64,000 bases of DNA, taken from Euprymna scolopes. Its lineage: Eukaryota. The position numbers and the translations under genes are program-made. Where the stretch lies: assembly GCA_053919585.1 (NCBI GenBank), contig CM132798.1; one strand, given 5' to 3'. This document shows, piece after piece, positions 1 to 12,512 of the stretch. The notes beneath the pieces are model-generated. The model made no database searches. It was not told where the DNA came from and saw only the letters and a list, made by a program, of their open reading frames with translations. Numbering within the stretch: the first letter of the stretch is position 1; each line of letters begins with the position of its first letter.

Positions 1-1090
1 GTGCCACTAATCAATCATACATGTAGTAAAGTACTAACCTTCGAATGGCTTAATCGGAATTTTAGTTTACAAATTACAGTTATTTAAGAGAAACTACTGT
101 TGCAGATTTTCAACACAATGGAAAATTTCGTGGGTTGATAAAACAATAAATGGTAAAAATACTGTTCGAGCAAAGCAATGGTTTGATATTATTTTAGACT
201 CTATTTCATCTGAAATCGCACTTAAGAGGTTGTATGATGAGTTTAAAGTGATCGTACAGACACAAATTATGCTGAACACTCAGATCTCCCGAATTCGGCA
301 GTTGTCCCAGAACAAATTCGGTTTGGCCAATCGTAAATTGAAGTTGTGTGAGATAGCAGAGAAGTTGAAGATATCAGAAAACTGTGTGCTCAAAGTGGGT
401 GTCGCGTTTGATCACATCACAGTCGATTAAAAACAGTAACGTCGCTTGCAACTGTTTCAACACAACAAAATTGGAATTTTTGCATAAACATGTGATAATG
501 TGTGAACCGCGGAGCAACCACCACTTCACTCCGGAGTCGATTCAGCAACCAGCTAAATGGGCATTGGCAGGTGAAACCGTCCAATCTGACGTATATATAT
601 AATATTCACAAGTAAGGTTTTGGCCTCTTTTTCTTTTTGTTTATCAATTACATTGTGAAATGAAAAACTGTCAATAGCGGATATCATACAGCATTATTGG
701 TGCATTTCAAGGAAGAAATCACTATCAAAATTAGCCACAAATGAAGAGAAAAGGTTGGTCTTTCAATAATACAATGCACCGTGTCACGAGTCAGTCGCAT
801 CTATGCCAAAATTACATGAACGGCGCATCAGATTGCTTCAGCACCCACCATATTCTCCAGATCTGACCACTGCAACTACTGGCTGGTTGTAGATCACAAA
901 AGAATGCCTCAGGTAAAGAGATCATAAACTGAAACGTATTTATGCGACCTAAAACAAATCGTTTTTCAAACAAGGCATTGAATTGTTAGAGAAACGTTGG
1001 AATCAGACTGTTGATGAATAAAGTCGGATTTTGCCTAAAATTTATTGTTTTATGAGTCATATATCAGACACTTATTGAGTGATGTGTTTA
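1..1090 (+). mobile_element. Degenerate mariner transposon (irritans/Himar1-like), frameshifted transposase ~118-1021
   Basis: Frame-hopping translation gives mariner motifs KNTVRAKQW, RKLKLCEIAEKLKIS, CSKWVSRL, HHFTPES, HPPYSPDL and KRWNQ..VDE-stop; a TIR-like end is at ~1070-1088. Confidence 0.9.
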
Positions 1091-1224
1091 TATTATATAT
1101 TATTATATTTATGTTACTGTTACTAACTTTATGTTCATATGTATATATTAAAAAGTGTGAATATGTATGGTAATGCCTTTCTATATAATAGGCTTTCTTA
1201 ACTACCATAGACAAAAGTTGGGAG

Positions 1225-2015
1225 AGACAGTAGATGCCAATTTTTTTAACTTTGACCCCAATTTTGACCCCTTTACATTTATTGTTTTGGGGCTCAAATT
1301 AAATTTAAATGCTTGACCCATGTCCAAGTAACCTACATCTAAAATTTCAAGTGTTTAGACCCACAGTTGGCAGAGGAGTTTGGTATAGTCTACAAAGGTC
1401 AACTCTGTAAATGTTGACCTCTTGCCAGCCAAATTTTCGCCCCAAAACTGATTAAAAAGTTTGCTGCATGTCTGACTACCTTTCATGTAAAATTTAAAAT
1501 GTTTAGACCCAAAATTGGCTTAATAGTTTGCTAGAGATCGCAAAGGTCAAATCTTTTGAACTTTCGCCCCTTGGAAGCCAAATTTTCAGCAAACAAACGA
1601 TTAAAAAGCTTGCCCTATGCCTTAATACACTTTATGTAAAATTTCAAATGTTTAGACCAAAAATTGGCTGAGTAATTTGGTAGAGACCGCAGGGGTCAGT
1701 TTTTTTTAACTTCGACCCTAATTATGACCCTTTAATATTTATTGTTTTGGGTTCAAACCAAATTATAACGTTAGATCTAACCTATATCTAATATTTAAAG
1801 TGTTTAGACCCAAAATTGGCGAATGAGTTTGATAGAGTTCTTAAAGGTCAAATGGTTAAACTTTGACCCCTTAACAGCCAAATTCCTGGCCTAAAACTGA
1901 TTTAAAAGATTTTCCCAAATCTCAATACCCTTTAGGTCAAATCTTGAGTCTGTAGACCGAAAATTGACAGAGTTATTTGGTAGAGAAGTGTGCACAGACA
2001 GACACACTTACACAC

Positions 2016-2048
<33 letters not shown>

Positions 2049-2069
2049 TTTTCAGTTTTATATCATCGA
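1225..2069 (-). mobile_element. Non-autonomous Helitron-like repeat (tttgacccc subrepeat family), 3'-truncated
   Basis: Internal subrepeats (ttagacccaaaattggc...aaggtcaa...tttgacccc) and a CA microsatellite match the copies at 19140-20042, which carry Helitron termini. Confidence 0.7.
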
Positions 2070-2349
2070 TGCTTCCATTCAGTCTCCAAAGACAAAGGAT
2101 ACCCCTGTATGGGCAGCTGCGTGTGAAATTGTGAGGCAAGGGTGGTGCAATCACCAACCACACCTCTGCTGAATCGGCACTGTTTGAATCCAGTGGCAAG
2201 GAGAAGTCCAGGATGACTGGAAACAATGCTGAGATAAGCGGAGAGCACATACAGCACCTAGAAGTCCCAAATAGTAACCCATTTAGTACTGACCAGGTTC
2301 AACGTTGCTTAACTTTGGTGATCCAGCAGAACCGGTGTGTCAACGTGAT
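2068..2349 (-). mobile_element. 5S rRNA-derived SINE (SINE3-like); 5S-like head 2349-2248 plus non-5S body
   Basis: The minus strand reads ATCACGTTGACACACCGGTTCTGCTGGATCACCAAAGTTAAGCAACGTTGAACCTGGTCAGTACTAAATGGGTTACTATTTGGGACTTCTAGGTGCTGTA, a diverged invertebrate 5S rRNA, and continues into ~180 nt of unrelated sequence with no oligo-T terminator. Confidence 0.75.
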
Positions 2350-2547
2350 TAGATAGATAGATAGATAGATAGATAGGTAGATAGATAGATAGATGCGTGT
2401 GATNNNNNNNNNNNNNNNNNNNNNNNNNNNNNNNNNNNNNNNNNNNNNNNNNNNNNNNNNNNNNNNNNNNNNNNNNNNNNNNNNNNNNNNNNNNNNNNNN
2501 NNNNNNNNNNNNNNNNNNNNNNNNNNNNNNNNNNNNNNNNNNNNNNN

Positions 2548-3755
2548 AGGATAATCGCCCTTGACATATCGAAGGCCTTTGATAGGGTATGGCATAGCGG
2601 TCTAGTCCACAAAATTTCCAGCTATGGTATAGCTGGAAATTTTTTTTTTTTCAATTATTAAATCATTTCTCTCTGATAGGTTCATAAGAGTAGTGATCGA
2701 TGGGCAGAAATCAGAAGCTCACGGTATTAATGCTGAAGTTCCTCAGGAGTCTATCCTAGGCCGAACTCTCTTCTTGATCTACATCAATGATCTCCAAAAT
2801 CACATCCTAAAATCATTCGTAGACATTTATGCTGACAACACTTCAAAGGCCGTAAACGATCAAGTTCTCTGTGATTCTCTCTCCTCTGATTTTGATCACG
2901 TGGTACAATAGGAAAAGAGGTGGCTGGTTAATATTAATGCATCTAAAACCAACCTTCTATCTTTCCATCATCAACGCCCTGATCTGGCATCAATTGAAAT
3001 GACTCTCGTCTTGGAAAGGCTCCATGTTTTGACAAGCTTCTAGGTCTGATCTGAGATGGACCTCGTACATCAAATCTGTTGCCAAGGCTGCTGGAAAAAA
3101 TGGTGGGATCGTTATACCGTTTCAGTAGATATTTCACTGCTGATGCATTTCTCTACCTGTATAAGCGCCAAGTATGTCCAAGAATGGAGTACTGTTGCCA
3201 CATCTGGGTACGAGCTCCTAGAAGCAACTTATCCTGCCTTGACAGAGTTCAAAATAGACTTCGTAGTCTAGTGGAGGATGCCCTTTTTCTCTTCCCTGCA
3301 ACCTCTTTCTCACAGAAGAAACGTTGCGAGCCTGTCTTTGCTTTACCTTTATTTTCATGGCAATTGCTCGTCTGAGCCCCAATCTATGGTCTTTTCAGGC
3401 CTGACTTTCACGAAAAACACTCGTCTAATTGAAACCACTATCAATAATTTCCGCTACTCTTTATGTGAGCCTAAACTTAAATGTAAATTCCATAAACAAA
3501 GCTTCTTCCTTAGAACTGCACGCCTGTGGAACTTTATTCCGTTTTCTTGCTTTCCAACTGACTACAATAGGGTTGTCTTCAAGTCCAACGTGAACAAGTT
3601 CTTGATGGACCGTCCCCTTAAGTAATCCAATTTACCCAATTCCTATTACTAATCATTACTACGATATTTTTCCATTGACTACTGTACATTATTTAACCTT
3701 TATTCTCTAGTGGCCTCCGGGCCTTGATAAGTGGTGATTCCTTTGTAAAAAAAAC
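2548..3755 (+). mobile_element. CR1-Zenon-like LINE, RT and 3' end (pseudogenised)
   Basis: IALDISKAFDRVWH, VPQESILG, YADN, LYKRQVCPRMEYCCHIW, LQPLSHRRNVASLSL; conserved 3' tail gtggcctccgggccttgataagtgg followed by poly(A). Confidence 0.9.
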
Positions 3756-3762
3756 TTGTATA

Positions 3763-4564
3763 TCTACTATTATATAACAGGAATTTTGTGTGTGTGTCTG
3801 TATATGTGTGTGAGTTCGTATGAGTTCGAAAACGGCTCGGCTGATTTTTAAGAAATTTCACACAACGGTACTTTATGTGTCTGACAGTGTTCTTAGATAG
3901 GTTTTGTGTTGCAATGGTTCCGATACGTATCGATAATCGAAGTAATCCGATGAAAGAAGGAACGGGCGATTTTGACCAAAGTAAATACCTTATACAGCCT
4001 AACATCACAAGTGCATTTGAAAAATTTTATTATCACACAAGCCGAAAGGCCCGACATATAAAGTAGATTCTTTGGCTCGTTTGAAATGAACGTTTCTGTT
4101 TAAAGTTCAATTTAACCATGATACTTTACTTTTTCATTCTAAACTTAAATTCAAACTATAATCATCACACGAGCAGTAAGGCCAGGCATATAAAATCAGC
4201 ACTATGTTTTCTATAAGACAGGGGCGAATTCGAAATGCATATTTTAAAGCACAATTGAAGCATGATACTTAATTTTACGTTTCAAGCTGTAATTCAAGTC
4301 ATTATATATAAAAAATAATTTTATAAAATCAACAGTAGATTCTCTCTACAGTGCAATGTAAACTACAATGTATTGTGGACTAAGTCACTGCGACGAGGCA
4401 TGTGAAGCTTCCTCCCGGGGCACCACGACGTGTCCCCAACTAAAGCATTCAATAAATCGATTTGATTGAAAGTTGGCGATTTCACCGATTTCAATGACAA
4501 TTAAAATATTGGAGTGTGAAATATTCATTGATCATCATTCAATCTCGGGCAACGTTGGGTCTTC
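3763..4564 (+). mobile_element. Non-autonomous Helitron-like element
   Basis: A|TCTACTATTATATAA 5' end, GT microsatellite, and a degenerate 3' hairpin cgggcaacgttgggt resembling the cccgggcaacgccggg hairpin of other copies; the terminal CTAG is missing. Confidence 0.55.
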
Positions 4565-4565
4565 C

Positions 4566-4663
4566 TTTTTTATATTTCAAGCGGGGCCTCCGCTCTTGGT
4601 CACAAAAAAGTATCGATACTTTTTTGTGACCAAAAGCGGAGGTCCGCTTTAAATATAAAAAAA
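4566..4663. repeat. ~98-bp near-perfect palindrome (foldback/MITE-like)
   Basis: ttttatattt..agcggggcctccgctcttggtcacaaaaaagtatc|gatacttttttgtgaccaaaagcggaggtccgct..aaatataaaa. Confidence 0.9.
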
Positions 4664-5179
4664 TAACAATAAAAATATTAAATAAAAAAAGTAACATCGT
4701 TTTTCATGCTTCAAAAAATCCTNNNNNNNNNNNNNNNNNNNNNNNNNNNNNNNNNNNNNNNNNNNNNNNNNNNNNNNNNNNNNNNNNNNNNNNNNNNNNN
4801 NNNNNNNNNNNNNNNNNNNNNNNNNNNNNNNNNNNNNNNNNNNNNNNNNNNNNNNNNNNNNNNNNNNNNNNNNNNNNNNNNNNNNNNNNNNNNNNAAAAT
4901 GTTTGATATAGAAAGTACGAAACAACATAAATTTAATTAACATAATTTCTTTTAATTAGTTGAAAAGATTTATCATCTTTAAATAATGTTCCTCATTGTG
5001 TGTGAGTTCAAGACGTGTGGATGTACATTCAGCTATGTCGTTTCTAGTATTGTGACATAGATGTGTTTTGAGATGCCATTTGAAAGCTAACTATTGTTTT
5101 ATTCAGTATTCCGTTAAGTTGACGCCTTGGTTTCAACTGAGAAACTATCAGTTCAACAGCTTGTTGCTTTTTATCTCAA

Positions 5180-5305
5180 AATAAACTAACATTTACATTG
5201 GATGAATAAACTAGCATTTACATTGGATGAATAAACTAGCATTTACATTGGATGAATAAACTAACATTTACATTAGATGAATAAACTAACATTTACATTG
5301 TATGA
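5180..5305. repeat. 25-bp tandem repeat x5
   Basis: Unit aataaacta(a/g)catttacattggatg. Confidence 0.9.
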
Positions 5306-5540
5306 ACTCAAAATCAAATTAGTTTCATTTGATGCGGATTAAAGTTGTAAAGCATGATTTCATTCAAGTAATTAGTTCGTGATGAGTAATTATTCGTGCG
5401 ATGAAATCGTCTAATTTCCAATGAAAACAATGGCAGTTAATTAGCCTTTAAAGACGACATTTTATGCCGCCAATTGTGTTTAAGGTAGCTGGAAGAATTC
5501 GCTTCGTTAAAAATGGTTGCGATAAAAGAGTATATATATA

Positions 5541-6559
5541 CGAGGGGCGTGCAATAAGTAATGCCCCTGACTCACTTCCCATAGCAGTAGAGCAACGAAA
5601 CTTGGCACAGTTATTAGTCTTTCTCTACATAGGAACCACCCAGAGTTATGCATTTCTCCCATCGTTTGATGCAGCTCTGTAGACTGTTTTTGTAAAACAC
5701 CCCAGGTTGGTCCTCCAAACACGAAATCAATCATCTGGGAAACGCTTTCCTTTCAAAAACAACTTCATGGCTGGGAAAAGGTGAAAGTCAGAGTGTGCAA
5801 GGTCATGAGAGTAGTAAGGATGGGTGAGGATTTCATAATCACACGCCCATGCTTCTGATCTGGCGACATGTGAACCGGAGCGTTGTCCTGCAGGAGGAGA
5901 GTACTTTTGCTGATTTTGCCCCACCTTTTGATTTTGATAGTTTCTCTTAATTTCCTCAAAAATGAAGCATAATAGGCTCCTGTAATTGTGATATCCTTTG
6001 CCAGAAAATCTGTCATCACTACTCCGTCCTAGTCCCAGAAGACTGTGAGCATGACCTTGCCAGCAGAGAGCTGCACCCTTGCCTTCTTTGGAGGTGGTGA
6101 GTCCAAGTGCTTCGACTGCATTGACTGGGCTTCGGTCTCTGGATCATAGTGATGGACCCAGGTTTCATCCTTTGTAATCAGTCTTTTGAAAAACTTTGAC
6201 TCATCTTCTTGGCACATCTCCAAATTCATTCTCGAGCACTACCGCGTTCTCGCTTCTGGAATGGTGTGAGCAACCTGGGAATCCATCTGGCCGACACCTT
6301 ATGCATGTGCAAATAGCCATGAATGATAGTTTCCACAGACCCTGTACTAATCTTGACATTGGGCTATTTGGCGCATAATAATGCGCCGATCTTCCAAAAT
6401 GGCAGCCTCAACTTGAGGGACAGATGCCTCATCAATGGCAGAAGGGGGAGGGCGACCATGTCTGGAAGCTGTTTCTACAGACTTCCGGCCATGTTTGAAT
6501 TCACGATGCCAGTGTTTTACAAGGTCATATGATGGGGCATTATCACCATAAGTTTCTTC
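5541..6559 (-). mobile_element. Mariner (D,D34D) transposon relic, 5'-truncated
   Basis: ORF pieces give ARWIPRLL, LITKDETWVHHYDPE, SAGKVMLTVFWD, LLLQDNAPVH and HPYYSHDLAHSDFHLF; TA + TIR cgaggggcgtgcaataagt at 5539-5560. Confidence 0.92.
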
Positions 6560-6616
6560 TACCATAATTCTTCGAAATTCCGAATGCCAACATTCGGAAT
6601 TTCGAAGAATTATGGT

Positions 6617-7063
6617 AAAAATACAAGAGTATTGTAGAGTGAGAGAAATGTAAATAGGCTAAGAATACTCGAAGCATTGTACATTAAAACAAAGAAGCCT
6701 CAAATAAATAATATTGATTATGAGTGCAGCCGGAACGTCTTCAGATGTTTGGGATGAATGTTTGGAAATGTATATATGTGTTTGTATATATAAATGTGTT
6801 TAATATATGTAAAAAAAAAAGTCCGCCCACCTTACTTGTAACAAATTACCACGTGACTAGGAAAAATGTATATATAAATAAATTAAAAAACAATCTCTAT
6901 ATTTATTTCTACAATATGCCTGAGGATGATAGAAGTACTTCTGTCAAAAGTGCTCGCGATTATGGATCCAACATATACAATTTCGAGAAGAACACAAAAA
7001 GGACTATTCGGAGATTGGAGAAGATAAAAAGGAAAATTGTAAAACAGAATAATTCCGTGCTAT
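6617..7063 (+). mobile_element. Penelope-like element fragment: GIY-YIG C-terminus, pLTR with HHR motif, start of next ORF
   Basis: RLRILEALYIKTKKPQINNID-like C-terminus; CTGAGGA...AAAAGTGCTC motif at 6920-6955; IRRLEKIKRKIVKQNNSVL resembles a PLE ORF N-terminus. Confidence 0.7.
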
Positions 7064-7845
7064 NNNNNNNNNNNNNNNNNNNNNNNNNNNNNNNNNNNNN
7101 NNNNNNNNNNNNNNNNNNNNNNNNNNNNNNNNNNNNNNNNNNNNNNNNNNNNNNNNNNNNNNNNNNNNNNNNNNNNNNNNNNNNNNNNNNNNNNNNNNNN
7201 NNNNNNNNNNNNNNNNNNNNNNNNNNNNNNNNNNNNNNNNNNNNNNNNNNNNNNNNNNNNNNNNNNNNNNNNNNNNNNNNNNNNNNNNNNNNNNNNNNNN
7301 NNNNNNNNNNNNNNNNNNNNNNNNNNNNNNNNNNNNNNNNNNNNNNNNNNNNNNNNNNNGGTTATGCGTCCGATGATCAATGTTTCAACATTTTATAGAA
7401 ATTTTATATAGACTAGATATAATTTTCTGGTTAATACAAATTAAAAGCTTCAAAGTTCGAAAGATTATATAAAAAATATATTCAAACGCAAAAAAAAAAA
7501 AAGATATTCAAATTAATGTATTTATATGTAGAAAATATCAAAATCCAATAAAGCTGGTTGATAATTGGTAATCCGTAAATCCATTGCTGGTATATAGATC
7601 TTAGGGTATGAATATCCAGATCGTATAGATCTATAGATTTTTTTGTGGAGGGGGGAAAAATTAGGTTGAAAGTCCTGCTAGGAAAAACTTGGAGCATAGA
7701 TATTATAGCTTGCAGAGAATTACTTGATTTTTAGAAGACTCAAGTAGATGTTTTAATTTAAAGTTTAGAGGTGAAAAGTTTGGTTTAGCGTTTATATCGC
7801 GAGGTGTATAAATGTTGTAAATCATAATTTCAAAAGCTTTAACTT

Positions 7846-7904
<59 letters not shown>

Positions 7905-8044
7905 CTCCAATCTATGGTTACTCCTCGCCAAACTGTCACGAAAAACACTCATCTAGCTGAAACTACTATCAATCACTGTACGCTCATTAAACCTTATCCT
8001 CCAGTGGCCTCCGGTCCTTGATAATTTGTGACTATTTTGTAACG

Positions 8045-8109
<65 letters not shown>

Positions 8110-8319
8110 GTGAAATTTTCACGTTATTCCGGTGGCAGGATGAATCGGGAGTCAAACAGGACATATTAATATGCATTCTTGCATAAGATTCGTACATCTC
8201 TTTCATATTTTCTTTTCGCTCACATTCTATGTTCATTAGTTGTTTTTTTTTGTTTTTTTTTCAAACTATTTTTCTCACCAACGTGTCATCCAACCTTCTT
8301 CAAAGGTTTTGTTAGTTAA

Positions 8320-9619
8320 CACGCTGACTGCCATATGTCAACAATATATGTTGACATGGCAGTTTGCAATGACACCTGGTCAACAATATCGGTTCACAGC
8401 TTCTTTTCGTTACCAAGGTTGCCAATAATCATAACATTATAGACACAAATTTTCTTAGCTAATCCTACCCCTCTTTCACCTGATTCTAACTTTTACTGTA
8501 CAGCGGGACAGACTGTATGCAAACTTTTTCAGTGAACAGAGTTTGAAGAGTTTTATTCTATACTAGCGGGGGTACCCGGCGTTGGCCGGGTGTGTTGCTG
8601 TGGTGTAGTAAGAGTGGGAATTAAAAGCAGTCCAGTGGGATTAGGGGGAACAACAGGATGGAGAGAGGCGTTAAAAAAAGTGGTAGTAGGCTGGAATTCG
8701 TAACGCGATGGAGGAAATAAAAAAAAACGAAACATGTTAACCGATGTCTCCATCCCGCAAGCAGAAGTTGCGTGCGTCGAATTTAAGCAGAGTCAAATCG
8801 AATGTACGATGATTTAAATGTTTTGCCGCTTTTTCAAATAATTTCGCTTTATACAAAAATGCCAAACAAATATCCAAGACGACGCCATGGTAGGAATTTT
8901 GTTTAACTCAATCAAACAAAAAAAAAAGATAGAGACAGTGTCCGTTTGCGAATCTGAGATATTACGATCTGGGAAGTATGCGAAAACTTCTCGCAGAATC
9001 TAACGGACACGAGAATCCCGATGCAAAAAGCCTTTCGCGGACATGCACAAACGCTCACGCCCATTTTGTCTTTTATATATTAGAAGATTGTTCGGAATAA
9101 ATTGCCAGAATTTTAATCTTCCTCTCCAGAAAATTAACGTTTCATCGATAACAACATCACTTTCTAGGAATATATATACGGACTTGAAGTTTCTAATGAG
9201 AAGATCCAATAAGGATTCTATCTTTCCTAGTCTATTTCCTTCTACGATTTCTTCGTTGTTGGAGATATGAAAACAGTTTAGAATTCAAACCTATTTCGAC
9301 TCATTTTAGAAGAAACGGGATTCCTGTAGAGTGGACTATTTCTCGAATATGATAAAATGAAACTTTTTCGATCCAGTCGCATCCACAGTAGAATTTCTAA
9401 GAATGTTTCAATCCCTTTTTTTCTTTTCTTTTTTTTTTTTTTTTGTTGGAATCCATTTTGTTATATATACATGTAAGAGTCAGTAGTGATGCTAAAACCT
9501 TAAAATCAAGAGTAAAATATGTTTTAATATATACAGTTTCAGTATTATTAACATTTATGAAAACATTTTTAGTGGTCCTACCGTCAAATTTCTAGAAAAC
9601 AGACGTGGCAGTCAACGTG
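8320..9619 (-). mobile_element. piggyBac relic with TTAA target duplication
   Basis: TTAA(8316-19)+CACGCTGACTGCCA ... TGGCAGTCAACGTG+TTAA(9620-23); transposase motifs VVIDETLIFWRGRLKFWQFIPN and YRIKLFKLC. Confidence 0.88.
8563..9087 (-). mobile_element. Non-autonomous Helitron inserted in the piggyBac
   Basis: Minus strand A|TCTTCTAATATATAAAAG ... hairpin ACCCGGCCAACGCCGGGT ... CTAG|T. Confidence 0.82.
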
Positions 9620-10274
9620 TTAATCTATAGCGATGTTCTTTCCAAAACTGGAACACACTGACGAGTGGAAGTTTTTAAAGTCTAGACACCAGAAGACGCT
9701 AGTGTTGTTTATTCACTTATTTCATTGTATCACATGAGTTCAAACGAGCCTCTTGGCAGTGTAGAAACACTCCAGATGGAGATATCAAAATGTTTCCTGC
9801 AATATGGCGTACAACACGCGACTTGATATCCATACCACCCAACGATTACAGACTCCACCTCACCCGTAAAGACACCCTGACCTGCATAGGCTGAACCGCT
9901 ATTTGAACATACAAAGCTACTTCTCCCTTCCTCTCTCAATCGGCGAAACAAATTGGTGTCATTCATTGAAATGAGAGATCAAGTGTCTTCATGTCTTATC
10001 TGCAATGAAAGTCAAATAATTCGACCAATATTTACTCAAGATGGATAAATAGAGGAAAGTGCAAACAAAGCAGTCTCCTTATGTACCAAGCATATCAGTT
10101 GAGGATACGTCCTTGAAAATAAGCTCGACAGAGACTGGGTCATTGTGACAACGATGACCTTTTTTCTGTCGAACTGTGTTTTTTTTTCTGTGTAGCTTTA
10201 GGAGGTCCACTCTCCTAGGCGTTACCGTCTCACTTTGAGAAAGAGTTTATAACTAACTACCTGATGCGCCCTCA

Positions 10275-10650
10275 CCAGGTAATGTACATACATGCAAACA
10301 CTCGCCTATCACACACAGACACACGTGCACGCATATACACGACTCACTCAGAAAACACGCACACATACAACATTCACTCAAAGCACCCATCACAAGCACA
10401 CACATACAAACACACACATACAAACACACACAATTACAAACACACATACAGCATTCACTCAACTCACCCATCACATGCACACACATACAAACACACACAC
10501 TTACAAACACACACACTTACAAATATACACGTACAAACAGACACACACACACACCTACAAACACGCACACAGGTACGAACACATACACACACACACACCA
10601 CATACAACACTCGCCCACGCACCACATACAGCACTCATCTGACAGACACT
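10275..10650. repeat. Degenerate (CA)n/(TACA)n microsatellite
   Basis: CA-rich low-complexity tract; explains the His/Thr and Cys/Val ORFs. Confidence 0.95.
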
Positions 10651-10775
10651 TAATTTGAATACAAAAGAAAAAGTCTTCATGCATACGAAATCAGAATAAC
10701 TGGTCACAAGTCGCAACGTCATAAAAAAGAACAGAATAAAAACACATCATAAACTTACATCTGCTTCGAGGATAT

Positions 10776-10858
10776 TTTGTTTGATTGTTTGTTTGTTTGT
10801 TTGTTTGTTTGTTTGATTGATTGTTTGTTTGTTTGTTTGTTTGTTTGTCTGTTTGTTT
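10776..10858. repeat. (TTTG)n microsatellite
   Basis: Seen directly. Confidence 0.95.
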
Positions 10859-11545
10859 CTTTACTTTTTTCTGAAAACTTAAAAACAAATTCTATTTACA
10901 CAAGCATTTCTCGCGCCTCACTCGTATCTGGTGCGTGGTGCGATCGTGAATATCGATACTGTTGCTTTAATCCAAGAAAGACATAAAACTCTCGTTCTTG
11001 TGAACACATGTTTGTAGATGACCAATTAACAGGTACAAACATGAAATATTAGTGTCGCTTGTGATACGATCAAAAATTGAATGCGGTGTTTGCTGGTTTT
11101 ACCAGTATAAATGTGTTCGAACGGAGAGAGAGGGATCAGAGTAAGGTTGAATTTAGTCAGTATTTAGATGATTGGCCGTTTTGGAATACCAGGTATCGTC
11201 AGTTTAAAAGTGACTGTAAAAATCCTCGCTTCAATATGTATATGTGGACGAGAGGGGGAATATTATTATATTTTTTGGAAAAAGAGATTTCAGCAGAATA
11301 CTCTATTATTATGACAAATAAGAGCGTATTATTTATATTTTTTATTTACAGAAAGTTTATATGAGATTAATCCGACGGTATCGATAACTTATCTNNNNNN
11401 NNNNNNNNNNNNNNNNNNNNNNNNNNNNNNNNNNNNNNNNNNNNNNNNNNNNNNNNNNNNNNNNNNNNNNNNNNNNNNNNNNNNNNNNNNNNNNNNNNNN
11501 NNNNNNNNNNNNNNNNNNNNNNNNNNNNNNNNNNNNNNNNNNNNG

Positions 11546-11877
11546 CATGTTTTAATACTCATGTTTTAATTTAAAAAAAAAAATGGGAGGCCAGCTGATC
11601 TGTTTCGTCCTCACTTTTCTAGAGCTGGATGGAAGGATTTATTTTATTTATAAAAGCGAGATGAGTCCAAGAGAGAAAAAATAGTTCAAAATATGCTTGA
11701 AATAAAGTGTGCTAACCTAGAGAAAAAAATTAGGGAGACACTATTTAAAATAAACCTACGTATTGTTTATGTATAATGATAGATAGAATCTCATAAAGGC
11801 TAATTACGTTCAAACGTAAGAGACCGGTCAGCTGACCTCCCATTTTTTTTTTTTTTAATCATGAATATCAAAACATG
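11546..11877. mobile_element. MITE-like element with ~60-bp terminal inverted repeats
   Basis: catgttttaatactcatg..aaaaaatgggaggccagctga vs tcagctgacctcccattttt..catgaatatcaaaacatg. Confidence 0.7.
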
Positions 11878-11934
11878 TCTTTCCTCCCTCATAATTGCAA
11901 TATATAAATTTTGGACCCCAAACAATGTTATGAA

Positions 11935-12022
<88 letters not shown>

Positions 12023-12182
12023 CATAACATTTTTGTGGGTTTGTGGGGTACAAAATTTATATATTGCAATTTTGTGTAAACAAATTGAGATTAGGTACTT
12101 TGGACAATGTCAAAACATTGTTAATGCACTGGACAATGTCAAAACATTGTTAATTCCTGGCTTGAGTTAGTTGCTTGTCTAG

Positions 12183-12226
12183 CCGCACTGGTAAGCTGTG
12201 AAACAGCGAAACAGTACTGTATGTGG
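12183..12226 (+). ncRNA. Type I hammerhead ribozyme motif (core mutated CUGGUAA)
   Basis: CCGCA-CTGGTAA-GCTGT.GAA.ACAGC-GAAA-CAGTACTG-TA-TGTGG: stems I, II and III all pair; GUA triplet. Confidence 0.75.
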
Positions 12227-12466
12227 ATAACTATAACGCTCCCTATCTTAGTGTGAGCATTTGGGAAGGTGATATACAAATTACCATTAGCGTATGAAAC
12301 GATGCTCTTTGTGTAAACAAATTGAGATTAGGTACTTTGGACAATGTCAAAACATTTTTAATTCACCGTCCGCATTGCAGCCACCATATAGCGCAACAAT
12401 TAGAAGCTCCGACTGTCGTTTGGGCGATCGGGTTTCGATCCTGACTTGAGGTAGTTGTTTGCCTAG

Positions 12467-12510
12467 CCATACTAATGAGCTGTGAAACAGCGAAACAATA
12501 CTGTATGTGG
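12467..12510 (+). ncRNA. Type I hammerhead ribozyme motif (core mutated CUAAUGA)
   Basis: CCATA-CTAATGA-GCTGT.GAA.ACAGC-GAAA-CAATACTG-TA-TGTGG. Confidence 0.75.
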
Positions 12511-12512
12511 AT

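Noticed and set aside
2248-2349. Functional 5S rRNA gene
   Set aside because: The 5' end is missing, there are many substitutions and no terminator.
10253-10986. His/Thr- and Cys/Val-rich ORFs (also at 36337-37023 and 57949-58551)
   Set aside because: Microsatellite translations.
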